64,000 bases of DNA from Octopus sinensis (GCF_006345805.1 NC_042997.1:31434001-31498000), one strand, 5' to 3'; shown: positions 24,191-35,919, counted from the stretch's first letter. Translations and numbers: made by a program. Notes: a model not told the origin generated them from the sequence alone.

Positions 24191-27100
24191 AAGCACACAC
24201 ACCAATAGAATCATGGTCAAGATTGGTTGTGTGAATGCGCGTGGCTTGGGGTCTCCTTGGAAACAAGGATACCTCCTAAATGACATCAAGTCACATGATT
24301 TGGGAATCATAGCCATAAGTGAGACCAGACTCCACGAGCCACGGGCCCTAAAGTCCATGTTTGGCGGACAGTTTAACATTTATTTCGCTCCCTGTCTGCC
24401 ATGGATGGGCGGTAGTGGCACCGCGGTACTTTTTCACAAGAGCCTGGATCTCGAAGTCAAGACGATATTCGTAGACCCGGAGGGTAGACTGATCGTTCTG
24501 GATGTTGACGGCAGCAATGGGTGCGCTTTTCGACTCGTATCAGTCTACGCACCGCCCTTAACAGGTCGGGCGGATTTCTTTCGACGTCTAGAAGTATTAT
24601 TGGGAACGTCTCGTCCTTTACTCTTAGTGGGGGATTGGAATGCTACCTTGGACACGCATGTAGACTACGTGGGTAGAGACAGAAACAGAAGGGGATGCAA
24701 ATGCCTCAGAGACCTGCTCAGACGATTCCAACTGTCTGACAGGTACCGACTCGACCACCCAAATGCACCAACGTGGACATGGAGCAACCGCAGTGGGTCG
24801 TCGAGATCGTATCTAGATAGGATACTGTGTAGGACAGTAGACAAGGATAATTTAGGATGTCCACAATTCCACACAGTCAGCTACACGGATCACAAATTGG
24901 TGACGTGTACGCTAGACTTAGATAAGGCACATAGACAGGGTCCTGGGTACTGGAAACTGAACGCATCATTCCCGTCCAGACAAGTTTTCAGAGACCGGAT
25001 TAGCACACTAGTAAAGATGGCTTTGACGGGAGCCATCATCAACAACAAATGGTGGTTTGCCCTCAAGAGAGCAGTAAAAGCAGAAGCGATTAGGTACAGC
25101 AAAGCACTAGCCATAGATAGAAATAGAGTAGAGGGTGAGCTAGTTAAGAAGCTAGAAGAAGCAATTAGAAGCGGCATCGCATCCGACGTTTTGGCGGCGA
25201 GGTTGGCCCTCGACCAACACTTCAACGCCAAACACGAAGGATGTGCTGTCAGAACTAGGATGCGTGCTCTAAGGAACGAAGGTGTTGGAGCCGCGAGAGA
25301 GGCCCGGGTGGCAGAGGCGCAACAGGGCAACAAAGCCACCATTCGGTCACTGATAAATGAACAGGGGCGCGAATTGCTCGAGCCAAGTAAAATGTGTGAG
25401 GCCTTTCAGCAGCATTTTGCCCGACTGTTCGGGACGAGTGGAGGGCAAGAACGTAGGGTGGACTTCAGTGCCTACCTACATAGCCTGCCACGACTCTCGA
25501 CAAGAAAGGCAGGGTGCTGCGAAGGTGCCATCAAGGCGGCGGAAGTGCAGGAAGCGATAGCAGAATGCTCGAGGGACAAATCACCGGGTTTGGATGGTCT
25601 ACCCTACGAGTTTTACAATTGTATGCCAGACTTGTTTGGAGACGTCTTGGCAGCAGTATACTGCAACTGGCAGCAAAACGGGAGCATACCCGGTTTTGTG
25701 AGTCGAGGAGCTGTAACTCTGCTGAAGAAAGATCCAAACAAGGGAAACATTATAGATAACTTTAGACCAATCACGCTGCTCAATGCAGACCTGAAAATTT
25801 TGACAAAGGTGTTAGCCAAGAGGTTGGCGCTTGTCATCGAGAAACTGGTCGACAACGCACAAACGTGCGCCGTGCCGGCCGGAGCATCCATGACAACCTC
25901 CATCTGATGCGCTACATCATAGACAGGTAGTTAACGAACCTGGCATGGGTGGGGCCCTGATCAACTTGGATCAATCGAAAACCTTTGATAGGGTAGACCA
26001 TCGATACTTGGAGGCAGTCCTGAGAGCGGCTGGTTTCGGTCCCGTCTTCCGCGGCTGGATAGCTGCCTTGTACAGAGGCATCCGTTCGGTAATTCGCGTA
26101 AATGGACATCTATCGAGACCTTTCGACATTGCACGTTCGGTCCGTCAGGGATGCCCCCTCTCGGCGCTTCTATACGTATTGACTCTTGAGCCACTACTGC
26201 GGAAGCTGGCGGCTCTAAGGGGCATCCCGCGAGAATTGGGATGCGGGACGAGCGTGTCTGCATACGCGGACGACGTCACTGTCATAGTGTCAAGCCACGA
26301 GCACATTGAGCGAGTCGGCGAGACACTGAAAGACTACGAAGCGGTGACAGGAGCAAAAATCAACCGGGAAAAGTCAGTGGGCTTGCGGCTCGGCACCTGG
26401 AGAAGCAAGCCCATGCCGTCCACCAGTACCTCCGTCGTGGGACGCTGGACAGACGGCCCGGTTGAGTTGCTCGGGGTCTGGTTCGGTCCGGACCTCCAAA
26501 TGGAGAAGAACTGGAACGAGATAACGAGTAGGGTGGTCACTCTCGCCCAGCAATGGTCCGAGAGGAAACTGTCCCTAAAAGGTCGGGCGGAGGTGGTGAA
26601 CGCGTACATCGCGTCCATCATCTACTACCGCCTGACCATCGTACCTTGTCCCGACCCTACCATCAGCAAACTACAACGCATTCTCTTCCGCTTCTTGTGG
26701 AAAGGATGCGTCCCGATGGTCAGGCGATCCATTTGCTGTCAACACCCGTTAAAAGGAGGGCTGGGCATGCCCGTGGTTGATGATGCGCAGACACGCGCTG
26801 AGACTGCGACATCTCCGGCTCTATGTAGACGACGGTGAACAGGTGTGGTCGCCGTTGTGAGGCACGCATTCCCGCAACTCGTCTCCATGACCGAACTACA
26901 GTCGTGGATCAAAAAGAGGCCGAGGAAGGGCGAATGGCACCGCGAGTGTCGCGTTGCTCTCAAGCAACTCTGCCGTCCCGGGTCGACCTTGAGTGACTTC
27001 AACACAACCAAAGCATTCTATAGGGGATTAGTGGAGGGGAGGTACGACGACGAGCTCGGGGCAAACCTGGGCGTCGACGAGGAATACCTGACCGCCCTGT

Positions 27101-28015
27101 TTCAAACGACTTTCGGGCCGGGACCTATGGACAACTTCCAGAGATCCCTGGCCTGGTGGTGCTACCGAGAAGCGCTACCCGTTCGGGATAAGCTCTATAG
27201 GCATGGCTCGAGAAACACGGGGCCGACCTGCCCGAGATGCGGGCAGAGCGACGAAACCGCTCTGCACGCAATCGTGCAGTGCCCAGCAATTTCCGACCTG
27301 TGGGCTTATGTCGAACGACTGCTGTCACGTGTGGGACGAGTCGGTTTATCAGCTGAGTCTATCGTTAATATCGTCACGCCTCCTTCCTTCAAACGGGAAG
27401 GAAGAGCTATTTTTATCATACTTGTGGCTATGGCGAAAGAATGTATCTGGTGGACGCGCCTGAAAGGATTAGAGACAAACACTTTCCTCTCTGGCCAATC
27501 TCTCATCAACTTCTTCAAGTATCACTTGAAGAAAAAAGTGAGAGTAGAGAGGCAAGTTTTGTCTAGTGAATGTTTTAAAAAAAGATGGGTGAATGTAGCA
27601 AGGATGGCACGTATGAATGACGAAGCCACCTTGACTATGATTCTATGAACCGTAAAAATTAATACAGAGAGTTGCTTATTTACAAAAAAAAAAAAAAAAA
27701 AGAAATATAACATGTGACTTCATTGACCGAGGTTACCGTGGTCTTTTCCGTAGGCTTTTCTTTCCACGGGTAAACCTCACCTGTCCTCCCCTTTACACTT
27801 CATATTGACATTTCTGTGATAACGATCCCTATTATTCATTTTTTTGCCCCCCCCCCTTTTTTTTAACCCCCTCCCTTTTTTTGTCCTCTTTCTTTCCTTT
27901 TACGATCCCTTTTGATCGAAAAAAACCACTCCCTTTTTTTTAACCCCCAAAAGAAAAGCTCTACCTTGTAATTTGTTCTATCTGTGTGCAGCCCTGTGTG
28001 GCTAATAAAGAAACA
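24191..28015 (+). mobile_element. Tx1 LINE copy C (entire ORF2 and 3' UTR; no ORF1)
   Basis: Begins 22 nt before the ORF2 ATG directly after (TATC)n; ends AATAAAGAAACA at 28015. Confidence 0.95.
24213..27648 (+). CDS. Tx1/L1-clade ORF2: AP endonuclease, reverse transcriptase and zf-RVT; four 1-nt indels, reconstructs to 1145 aa
   Basis: APE: CVNARGL, ISET, SVYAP, VGDWN, SYLDRI, TDH. RT: [25 protein letters not shown] (bridging frame), [27 protein letters not shown]. Zinc finger: CPRC...H...C. Confidence 0.95.
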
Positions 28016-28079
28016 TACTTCATATTGACTTTCTGTGATAACGATCCCTATTGATCAATTTTTTTTTCCTCTCCCCCTG

Positions 28080-28110
<31 letters not shown>

Positions 28111-28170
28111 CCCCCTTTTTTTTTGTCCTCTTTCTCTCCTTTTACGATCCCTTTTGATCGAAACTCCCCT

Positions 28171-28204
<34 letters not shown>

Positions 28205-28275
28205 CTTCAAAAGAAAAGCTCTACCTTGTAATTTGTTCTATCTGTGTGCAGCCCTGTGTGGCTAATAAAGAAACA
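28016..28275 (+). mobile_element. Tx1 LINE copy D, 3'-terminal ~258 bp joined to the end of copy C
   Basis: Restarts at CTTCATATTGAC (internal 3' UTR position), ends AATAAAGAAACA, followed by (TATC)n at 28276-28322. Confidence 0.9.
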
Positions 28276-28308
<33 letters not shown>

Positions 28309-29382
28309 GTCTATCTATCTATACGACGGACTTCCATCAGTTTCCGTCTACCAAATCCACTCACGAAGCTTTAGTTGGCCAGAGGCTATAGTAGAAAACA
28401 CTTGCTCAATATGTCCTGCAGTGGGACTGAACCTGGAACCATGTGGTTGGTAAGCGAGTTACTTACCACACAGCCACTCCTAGCTTGAAATAGACCTACA
28501 CATGCCTCTAAGGTCGAAAATGGTAGATAAGAGTATTCAGAAATATCCCTTTCTGCCGTTTAGGCCACCGTCATTTCGATGTGGTTCTTATCATCATCCT
28601 CCTCTTTCTCTTCCTTTCTCTTCCTTCCTCCCCTTCCTCCTCTTCCTCTTTCTTCCTCCCCCTTCCCCTTCCTCTTTCTTCTCTTCCTCCTCCTCCTCCT
28701 CCCCTCCTCCTCCTCCAACCATCTTCACATCTTCCTTTACCTCCTCCTCGTTGTGGTCGTCGTTGTTGTGTCTGATACTGTTCTTTTTCTGCCTCTTCTT
28801 TTCTTCTCCATTAAGCTATTTTGCGAAACCCGTTTTTCCATGTAACGTTCTGTCGAATAATTCTTTCCTTCCCTCCTTTACACCGACAACCACCCCCTCC
28901 CACCACCACAACCACCATCACCACCACCACCACCACTAATAACAACGCACACCCACACATCCGCCCAACATAACATACAACGCACACTTCTTCCTTTGGT
29001 CCGCCATTGATGTGCCATTTCCCCGGTTTTGTTGTGGTAAAGGTTTATTGTCATGAACCGTGTCTATGTCAACCGTCTTTTGTGGTAGCGAGGTTAGGTT
29101 GAGGCGATAGCAACTGCTGCTGCTGGTCGTGATCGGCTGGTAGTAGTGGTGGTGGTGGTGGTGGTGACATGCTGCTGATGCTCGTAATTTTCAAACGGCT
29201 GCGAGCATCTGAAAGAAATACTGTGAAAGCACGCGTCCCATCGTAGTTGAACGTGTGTCAGTGCGCTAACAAGGGACTAAACGGTACCCACAATTCCACT
29301 CTCACTCACTCACTCACTCCTCTGTTATTCACTATATTCACGTATAGAAAGCACTGCATATGCACACATACGGAAAGAACAT

Positions 29383-29424
<42 letters not shown>

Positions 29425-29552
29425 TACACATGCATATACATACGCACTGGTATAGAGATATACACATTCACAGCACCTCGCCACCACGTATTACCACACA
29501 TACACATATACTGACACACACACACACACACACGCATATAAACACTCACACT

Positions 29553-30139
29553 GTAACACTAATATTGACTATCACACACACACACATACACACACATACA
29601 CACACACCGTAACACTAATATTCACTAAAACACACGCACATGTACACGTACACACACACACACACACACCATAACACTAATATTCACTAAAAACACACCA
29701 ACACACACAGTAACACTAATATTCACTAAAACAACACGCACACATACACACAATGCACACACTCACACACATCGTAATACTAATATCACCTAAAACATAC
29801 AAACACATAACACCAACACCACACCACACACACACACACGGTAACACTAACATTCACTAAAACACACGCACACATACACACACACCCACACACTCACACA
29901 ACACCGTAATACTAATATTCACTAAAACATACACACACACACCGTAACACTAATATTCGCTAAAACACACACACACACACACCGTAACACTAATATTCAC
30001 TAAAACACACGCACACATACACACACACACACTCACACACACCGTAATACTAATATTCACTAAAACATACACACACACACGGTAACACTAATATTCACTA
30101 ACACACACGCACAACACACTGTAACATAATATTGACTAG
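29553..30139. repeat. Minisatellite: about 12 copies of GTAACACTAATATTCACTAAAA separated by variable (CA)n
   Basis: Direct reading of the sequence. Confidence 0.9.
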
Positions 30140-30404
30140 CACACACACACAGACACAATCACGATTACGCACCTATATTTATGCTAATACTCATACATAC
30201 ACGTCGCAATGACACATTACATATTGACATACATAATATACACACACGCACTCACATCCGCACTTACACACACTTTTATACGGACACACGGACACACGCA
30301 CTCAGAGACTAGCTAACTCATTCAGTCACTCACAAAAAACATACGCATTCATATTCACTTCCGTCAAATTCTCTCTAAAAATCGTTCGACGCTGGTAGAA
30401 GATT

Positions 30405-30615
30405 TAAGCTGGCAGAATTACTGGTGCTTTGGGCAAAATGCTTAGCGATCATTTCGTCCCGTTTTTATGTTCTGAGTTCAAATTCCGCCGACGTCGAATT
30501 TGCATTTATTCTTTTGAGGCAGATGAAATAGAAAAAAAAAAGTACCAGTTGAGCATTGAAGTTGATGTAACGGACCTACAGCTACCCCGAAATTGTTGGC
30601 CTTGGGCCAAAATTT
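30405..30615 (+). mobile_element. Diverged SINE family B-like copy
   Basis: AGCTGGCAGAATT...GGGCAAAATGCTTAGCG...TCTGAGTTCAAATTCCGCCGACGTCGA. Confidence 0.6.
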
Positions 30616-30710
30616 AAAACCAATATAGTAAAAGTAGAGAACAAAGAGTAAAAGAAAAGAGAGAGAGGGTAGAAAGAAAGAGAGATAGATAGATAGATAG
30701 ATAGATAGAT

Positions 30711-30747
<37 letters not shown>

Positions 30748-31209
30748 AATGGGATCGAAGTATAACTAGGATAAAATCCTGCAGAAGTTATAATCTAATC
30801 ATATTTTCTACTATAGGCACGTTACCAAAAATTGTGACGTAACAGCGAATCCAAATGACCCCAGTATTTGATCGATACTTTATTTTATAGATCCCTGAAG
30901 AACAAAACAGCAAAATTGTTATCGATGGAATTTGAGTACAGAAAGTAAAGTGCTGTAAATGAATAATGTAAGCACTTTGTCCGACGGCAACCATTCTGCA
31001 AAACCCCCTCGCTCCGTATAAGTTTAATTTACACAAAAGCGAGAAATTTTCAGGGAAATGGCAATAGTTGATTTCATTTATTACTTGACTAGTTGAATGA
31101 AAGTCAGAACCGACCTAAGTTGTGTTAGAATGTCAAGAGACAGAAGAAATCTTCGGAACGCATTTTGTCTCGTGCTCTAAAGGTTCTTTTCTTTTCTGTT
31201 TTTTTTTTT

Positions 31210-31403
31210 TTACTGGTTTCAGTCATTTGACTGCGGCCATGCTGGAGCACCGCCTGTAGTCGAGCAAACTGACCCCCCGGACTTATTCTATCGGTCTCTT
31301 TTGCCGAACTGCTAACTTACAGGGACGTAAACACACAGCACCGGTTGTCAAGCGATGTTAGGCATTATAAAATGTACACACAAACACACACACACACACA
31401 CAC

Positions 31404-31438
<35 letters not shown>

Positions 31439-31472
31439 TGTATGTATGTATGTATATCTATATCTATATCTA

Positions 31473-31547
<75 letters not shown>

Positions 31548-31593
31548 ATGTATATATATATATATATATAAGACAGGCTTCTTTCAGTTTCTG
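31210..31593 (-). mobile_element. SINE family A, head-truncated, with internal (TATG)/(TATC)n
   Basis: Collinear with the reverse complement of 12326..12760; the internal microsatellite includes about 70 bp of (TATC)n. Confidence 0.8.
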
Positions 31594-31779
31594 TTAGCTC
31601 GCATGTTTATAGTTTGTAAATGTGTTCTTTTTCTCGATGACGATGATAGAGAAAAAGTAGAACGGCAAATGGAGAGGGAGTGAACTGTGATTGGAGAAGT
31701 TTAATGTAAAATGTAAGTGAAAGAAAAAACGATACTTATAGTAAGCTGTGGTGGGAGGTTTTGCAATGGCTGGAATATT

Positions 31780-31930
31780 AGCCCTTACAGCTGATGATAT
31801 ACAGCAAGCAATAGTTGGCTGCACGAGGGAGAAGTCACCGGGTCCTTACGATCTGCTCTTCAAATTTTATCTTCATCTGTCGGACTTGTTCAGAGAACTT
31901 GGCAGGGATCTTGTCAATTGTGTGGCCAGT
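31780..31930 (+). pseudogene. Ancient Tx1-like ORF2 relic (start of RT)
   Basis: ALTADDIQQAIVGCTREKSPGPYDLLFKFYLHLSDLF aligns by eye with [37 protein letters not shown] of copy C. Confidence 0.65.
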
Positions 31931-32185
31931 TTTTTCAAATTTTTCCTACTGAACCAAACAATTTGAAACTTCGTATACTGGTAGAATGTGTCAAAAGTAA
32001 ACTTAATTGTAAACCAGAATGAAAACGGAATTGTAACTTCTAAGTTTAACATTGTTTAATAATTAGAATTTTAACCAATGGTATTCCGTCTTTCGGCTTC
32101 ATATTATTTACTCCGTCTCGACCACCAATTTGGTGACGTAGTAAACATATGGTATGTAAACAAAACAATAACGATGAAATTTTTT

Positions 32186-32570
32186 ACTCGGTGTATGTGT
32201 ATATGTATGAATGTATGTATGTATGTGTGTATATATCTATGTATGTGTGTGTATGTATGTGTGTGTATGTATGTATGTATGGCCGATTCGGTGTTTAGTT
32301 TTTTCGAGTGAATACTCGGTGTATGTGTATCTGTATGTATGTGTGTGTATGTATCTATGTATGTATGTGTGTGTATGTATGTGTGTGTGTGTGTATGTAT
32401 CTATGTATGTATGTGTGTGTATGTATGTGTGTGTGTGTGTGTGTGTATCTATGTGTGTGTGTGTGTCACACATGTATGTATGGCCGATTCAGTGTTTAGT
32501 TTTTTCGAGTGAATACTCGGTGTATGTGTATCTGTATGTATGTGTGTGTGTGTGTGTATGTATCTATGTA
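32186..32570. repeat. ~200-bp-period duplication of GGCCGATTC(G/A)GTGTTTAGTTTTTTCGAGTGAATACTCGG within (TATG/TG)n
   Basis: Copies at 32281 and 32481, partial copy at 32186. Confidence 0.85.
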
Positions 32571-33059
32571 TGTTAGCTCAAAGTGCACAGTTGCCTACGT
32601 CACAAAACTGCTTTCTACGTCACACTAACAGAATGCAGTAACGTATTAAATATGAAAACAAGCAATCTCATTGGTTAAAATTCGCAGTTTTAATCTACGA
32701 TTAAAGTCATAAAATAGATTTTTCTCAAATAAACTAGTTCCAACCTGTGTCTTGTTTTGAAACACTGTACCAACATACGAAGTTTCAAATTATTTAGTTA
32801 AGTAGAAAGATCTGGGCTCCTGGCCACACAATTGAAAAGATCCCTTGGCAGATATACACTCAAACTTGCAACTAAGCGGAAGAATTTCCAGTCCTGCGAA
32901 AAAAGTGTGGTGGGGTTGTTGAGAAAGGACTAGAACAAGGGAATGATGTTAACTTCAGGCCTGTAGCTCTCCAAAGTGCAGATTTGAAGATATTGGCTGA
33001 CGTTTCGCAAAGAGATTGTGTTTGTTGATTATCTGGTGAGTGAGACACAGACATGCACC

Positions 33060-33416
33060 TTCTATATTTAAGAGATGAGGAATTATGTACATTATTTACA
33101 TTATTTACATTCGACGGATATTTGTCTTAACCACTACGCTATATGCTCACGGGCATATGGCGTAGTGGTTAAGAGCGCGGGCTACTAACTCCAAGATTCC
33201 GAGTTCGATTCCAAGCAGTAACCTGAACAACAGCATCAACAACAACAACAACAACAACAACAATAATAATAATAACATCGAAAAATACCTTAGGAATGAG
33301 AACCCAGGTTCGAAATTTCCCCAAGACACCTGAAGAAGGCTGGAGGGTCTATCAACTGAAGAACAAACAAAATAAGGACAAATATCCGACAAATATAAAT
33401 AATTTAAATAATGGAC
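33060..33416 (+). mobile_element. tRNA-headed short element with (AAC/AAT)n, half-hammerhead tail and inverted 5' arm
   Basis: Head 33151-33216 with A box TGGCGTAGTGG and B box GAGTTCGATTCC. GACAC-CTGAAGA-A-GGCTG at 33325-33342. 33060-33147 is an inverted copy of the tail and the first ~21 nt of the head. Confidence 0.7.
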
Positions 33417-34405
33417 AGACATGCACCATTCAAAACAGATCTATCCATAACAACATCTACCTGACGCTATGCATTACAGAAAAGGTGATTAAAGAACCTG
33501 GTATGGATAGAACCTGATCAATTTAAACCAGTCGAAAGTTTTCGCTAGGGTTAACTTTCTTCATTTCGCTGGTGTCCTTATGGCAGCTGATTTCCATCCC
33601 GCCTTCAGAGGTTAGTTCGCTGCAATGTACAGTCGCCCCTTTCTACTAAGAGTTCAGAGCAAATGATCAAATCTCGGAAACCTTCAGTATTATGTGTTCG
33701 GTTCGTGAACGCTGCCTTCTCTCTCCTCTTCAGCACATGCTGACGTTTTAACCATTACTGTAGAAATCAGAGGTTTTAAAGGACGTTCCGTGCGAACGAG
33801 GAAGTGAGAGACCATTCATAAATTATATTCGATGGGGTTCCGCACAGTTTTCATCTCACAAATTTCACTGAAGACGTTTTTGGTCGACCCAAGACTATGG
33901 TAAAATACCACACTATTTATGAGAAGGCGAACTTGTTAACCACACAGCCATGCTTCTCTCCAACACACACACACATACACACATACACACATACACACAT
34001 TCACACAACACACACACACACACACGCACACACACACACACGCACACACACACACACACTCAGACAAGACACACACACACTCTCACACACATACGCACAT
34101 TTTATACAATTTATCTTTATTTTTTATTTTGTCTCTTCGAGCTTTGAGAGCCAGTGTGGAACCAGAAGGAAGCTGAAGGTGTTGGAAAGGTCAGACAACT
34201 TGATCAAGCGTTGGGGACTGTTGACGCGTCGTAATGTAAACTTTGCCATTATTTATCAGCTACAGCATAATTAGTCTTAACTAGCGCAGAACCCTTGTTC
34301 CTTTAGAATAACTTATATTTGCTTATCAACGGCTTCTTAACCGGACTTTGTTTTCAGATTAAAAGTGGGAGACACCCAAATGTATTTACGGGCTACTACT
34401 ACACA

Positions 34406-34445
<40 letters not shown>

Positions 34446-34489
34446 CACACACATTCACACACACACATCCACACACACATTCACACACA

Positions 34490-34523
<34 letters not shown>

Positions 34524-35165
34524 AGCGCGCGTGATACGCACATATATACACGCGCAAACACACATACATACCCAAACATAAACACACACACATGCATATA
34601 CATACGTCATGTATGTATATATACATATATAAATATATATATGTGTGTGTGTGTAATACACACACACATATATATATACATACATGCATGCACACGGTCA
34701 CACACAGAAACACACACACACACAAGTACCACCCATATATATATATATATGAACACAAGTGGTTCCTTGGTTGATGGTAATGGTGGTCGGGGTGAGGGTA
34801 CTAGTGTTGGTGGAGGTGGCGGTGGTGATGGTGTTGCAGTGGTTGAGTCGGTGTTGGTTGAGGTGGTTGGGTTGATAATGAATGCTCGGTGGCAAGTATG
34901 GCGTTGTTATGCTTAGCAGTGTCGTTCATAATGACGACGACGACGACGACGGCGGCGGTGGCGGCGGCGGTTTTGATGATGACGACAACAACAGTGACGA
35001 TACTAATGATGATGATGAAGATGATGATGAAGGAAGTGGTGTTGGTGCGAGGGATAGTGGTGGAAGGAGAGGTCATGTCGTTGGCGACTGCGGATAGGTT
35101 GTTGTGTAGTGATTGAGTCATTTGGTTTTGTTGTAGTTTTTGTTTTGGTTAATTATCATAATGGT

Positions 35166-35448
35166 AAGTAATATTCGTAGCCACATCAACATGGCTGTCC
35201 CTTTGAGCGGACTCTACTGCGATTTTTTAACCGCAAGAACACAACTCCTCTAGCTGTTTAATGATGCACAACAGCATCCGATAAAATTGCGAGGAGAGGA
35301 CCGAACCCCCCACCAAGTCGGTTATAGTTTTATCGGATGCAACTGTGCATCGTTAACCAGTTAGATGAGATGTCTTTTAGGGGTTAAAAAATCGCAGTAA
35401 ACTCCGCTCGAACAAAGAGCCATGTTGAAGTGGCTACGAATATTACTT
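35166..35448. repeat. Imperfect fold-back element (~120-bp arms)
   Basis: AAGTAATATTCGTAGCCAC...ACTGCGATTTTTTAACC...GCATCCGATAAAA is mirrored on the right. Confidence 0.85.
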
Positions 35449-35919
35449 GTCAGTACAACTACTGTGTTGATCTCTTAGATTTTAGAACTAGCATTTTTGC
35501 TTGTTGCAATATCATAGTGGTACTGACGAGATAATGCATGTTCCTTAGTAATAGTAACTAACTAACACTCAGTCGGTCACAAAAATGAGTGATTTTTTAT
35601 TTCTCACAAGGGGACAACATAGATAAGGGACAATACAATCTGATTGGGGTCAGATAGACGGACGGATATAACATAAAGATGACATTAAAAATTCACAAAA
35701 ATATAAATAAATCGAATGGTAGGTCAGACCAGAAGATATTACGGATGGAGTGGGAAGGCGGGTTCAATTCGGACCCCACGAGCCCCGCCTCGCCACTGAT
35801 ACCTGAGATACGTCCTGTGTCGCATTCATGAGGTTACATTCACTCGCAACATCCGTGCTACATTCTTCCTTCGATTTTCAAACATTTTCACAGTCAGGCA
35901 TTTTCTCTCCAGCCCTCAA

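Larger units (their letters stand above)
22935..28481 (-). mobile_element. SINE family A split by the Tx1 cluster (tail half 22935..23151, head half 28321..28481)
   Basis: The two halves match consecutive parts of the reverse complement of 12326..12760; the break lies at the internal microsatellite. Confidence 0.85.

Noticed and set aside
33151-33216. Functional tRNA gene
   Set aside because: A and B boxes are present, but the acceptor stem does not pair and the head runs into a repeat body; it is a tRNA-derived head. The same applies to SINE A, B and C heads.
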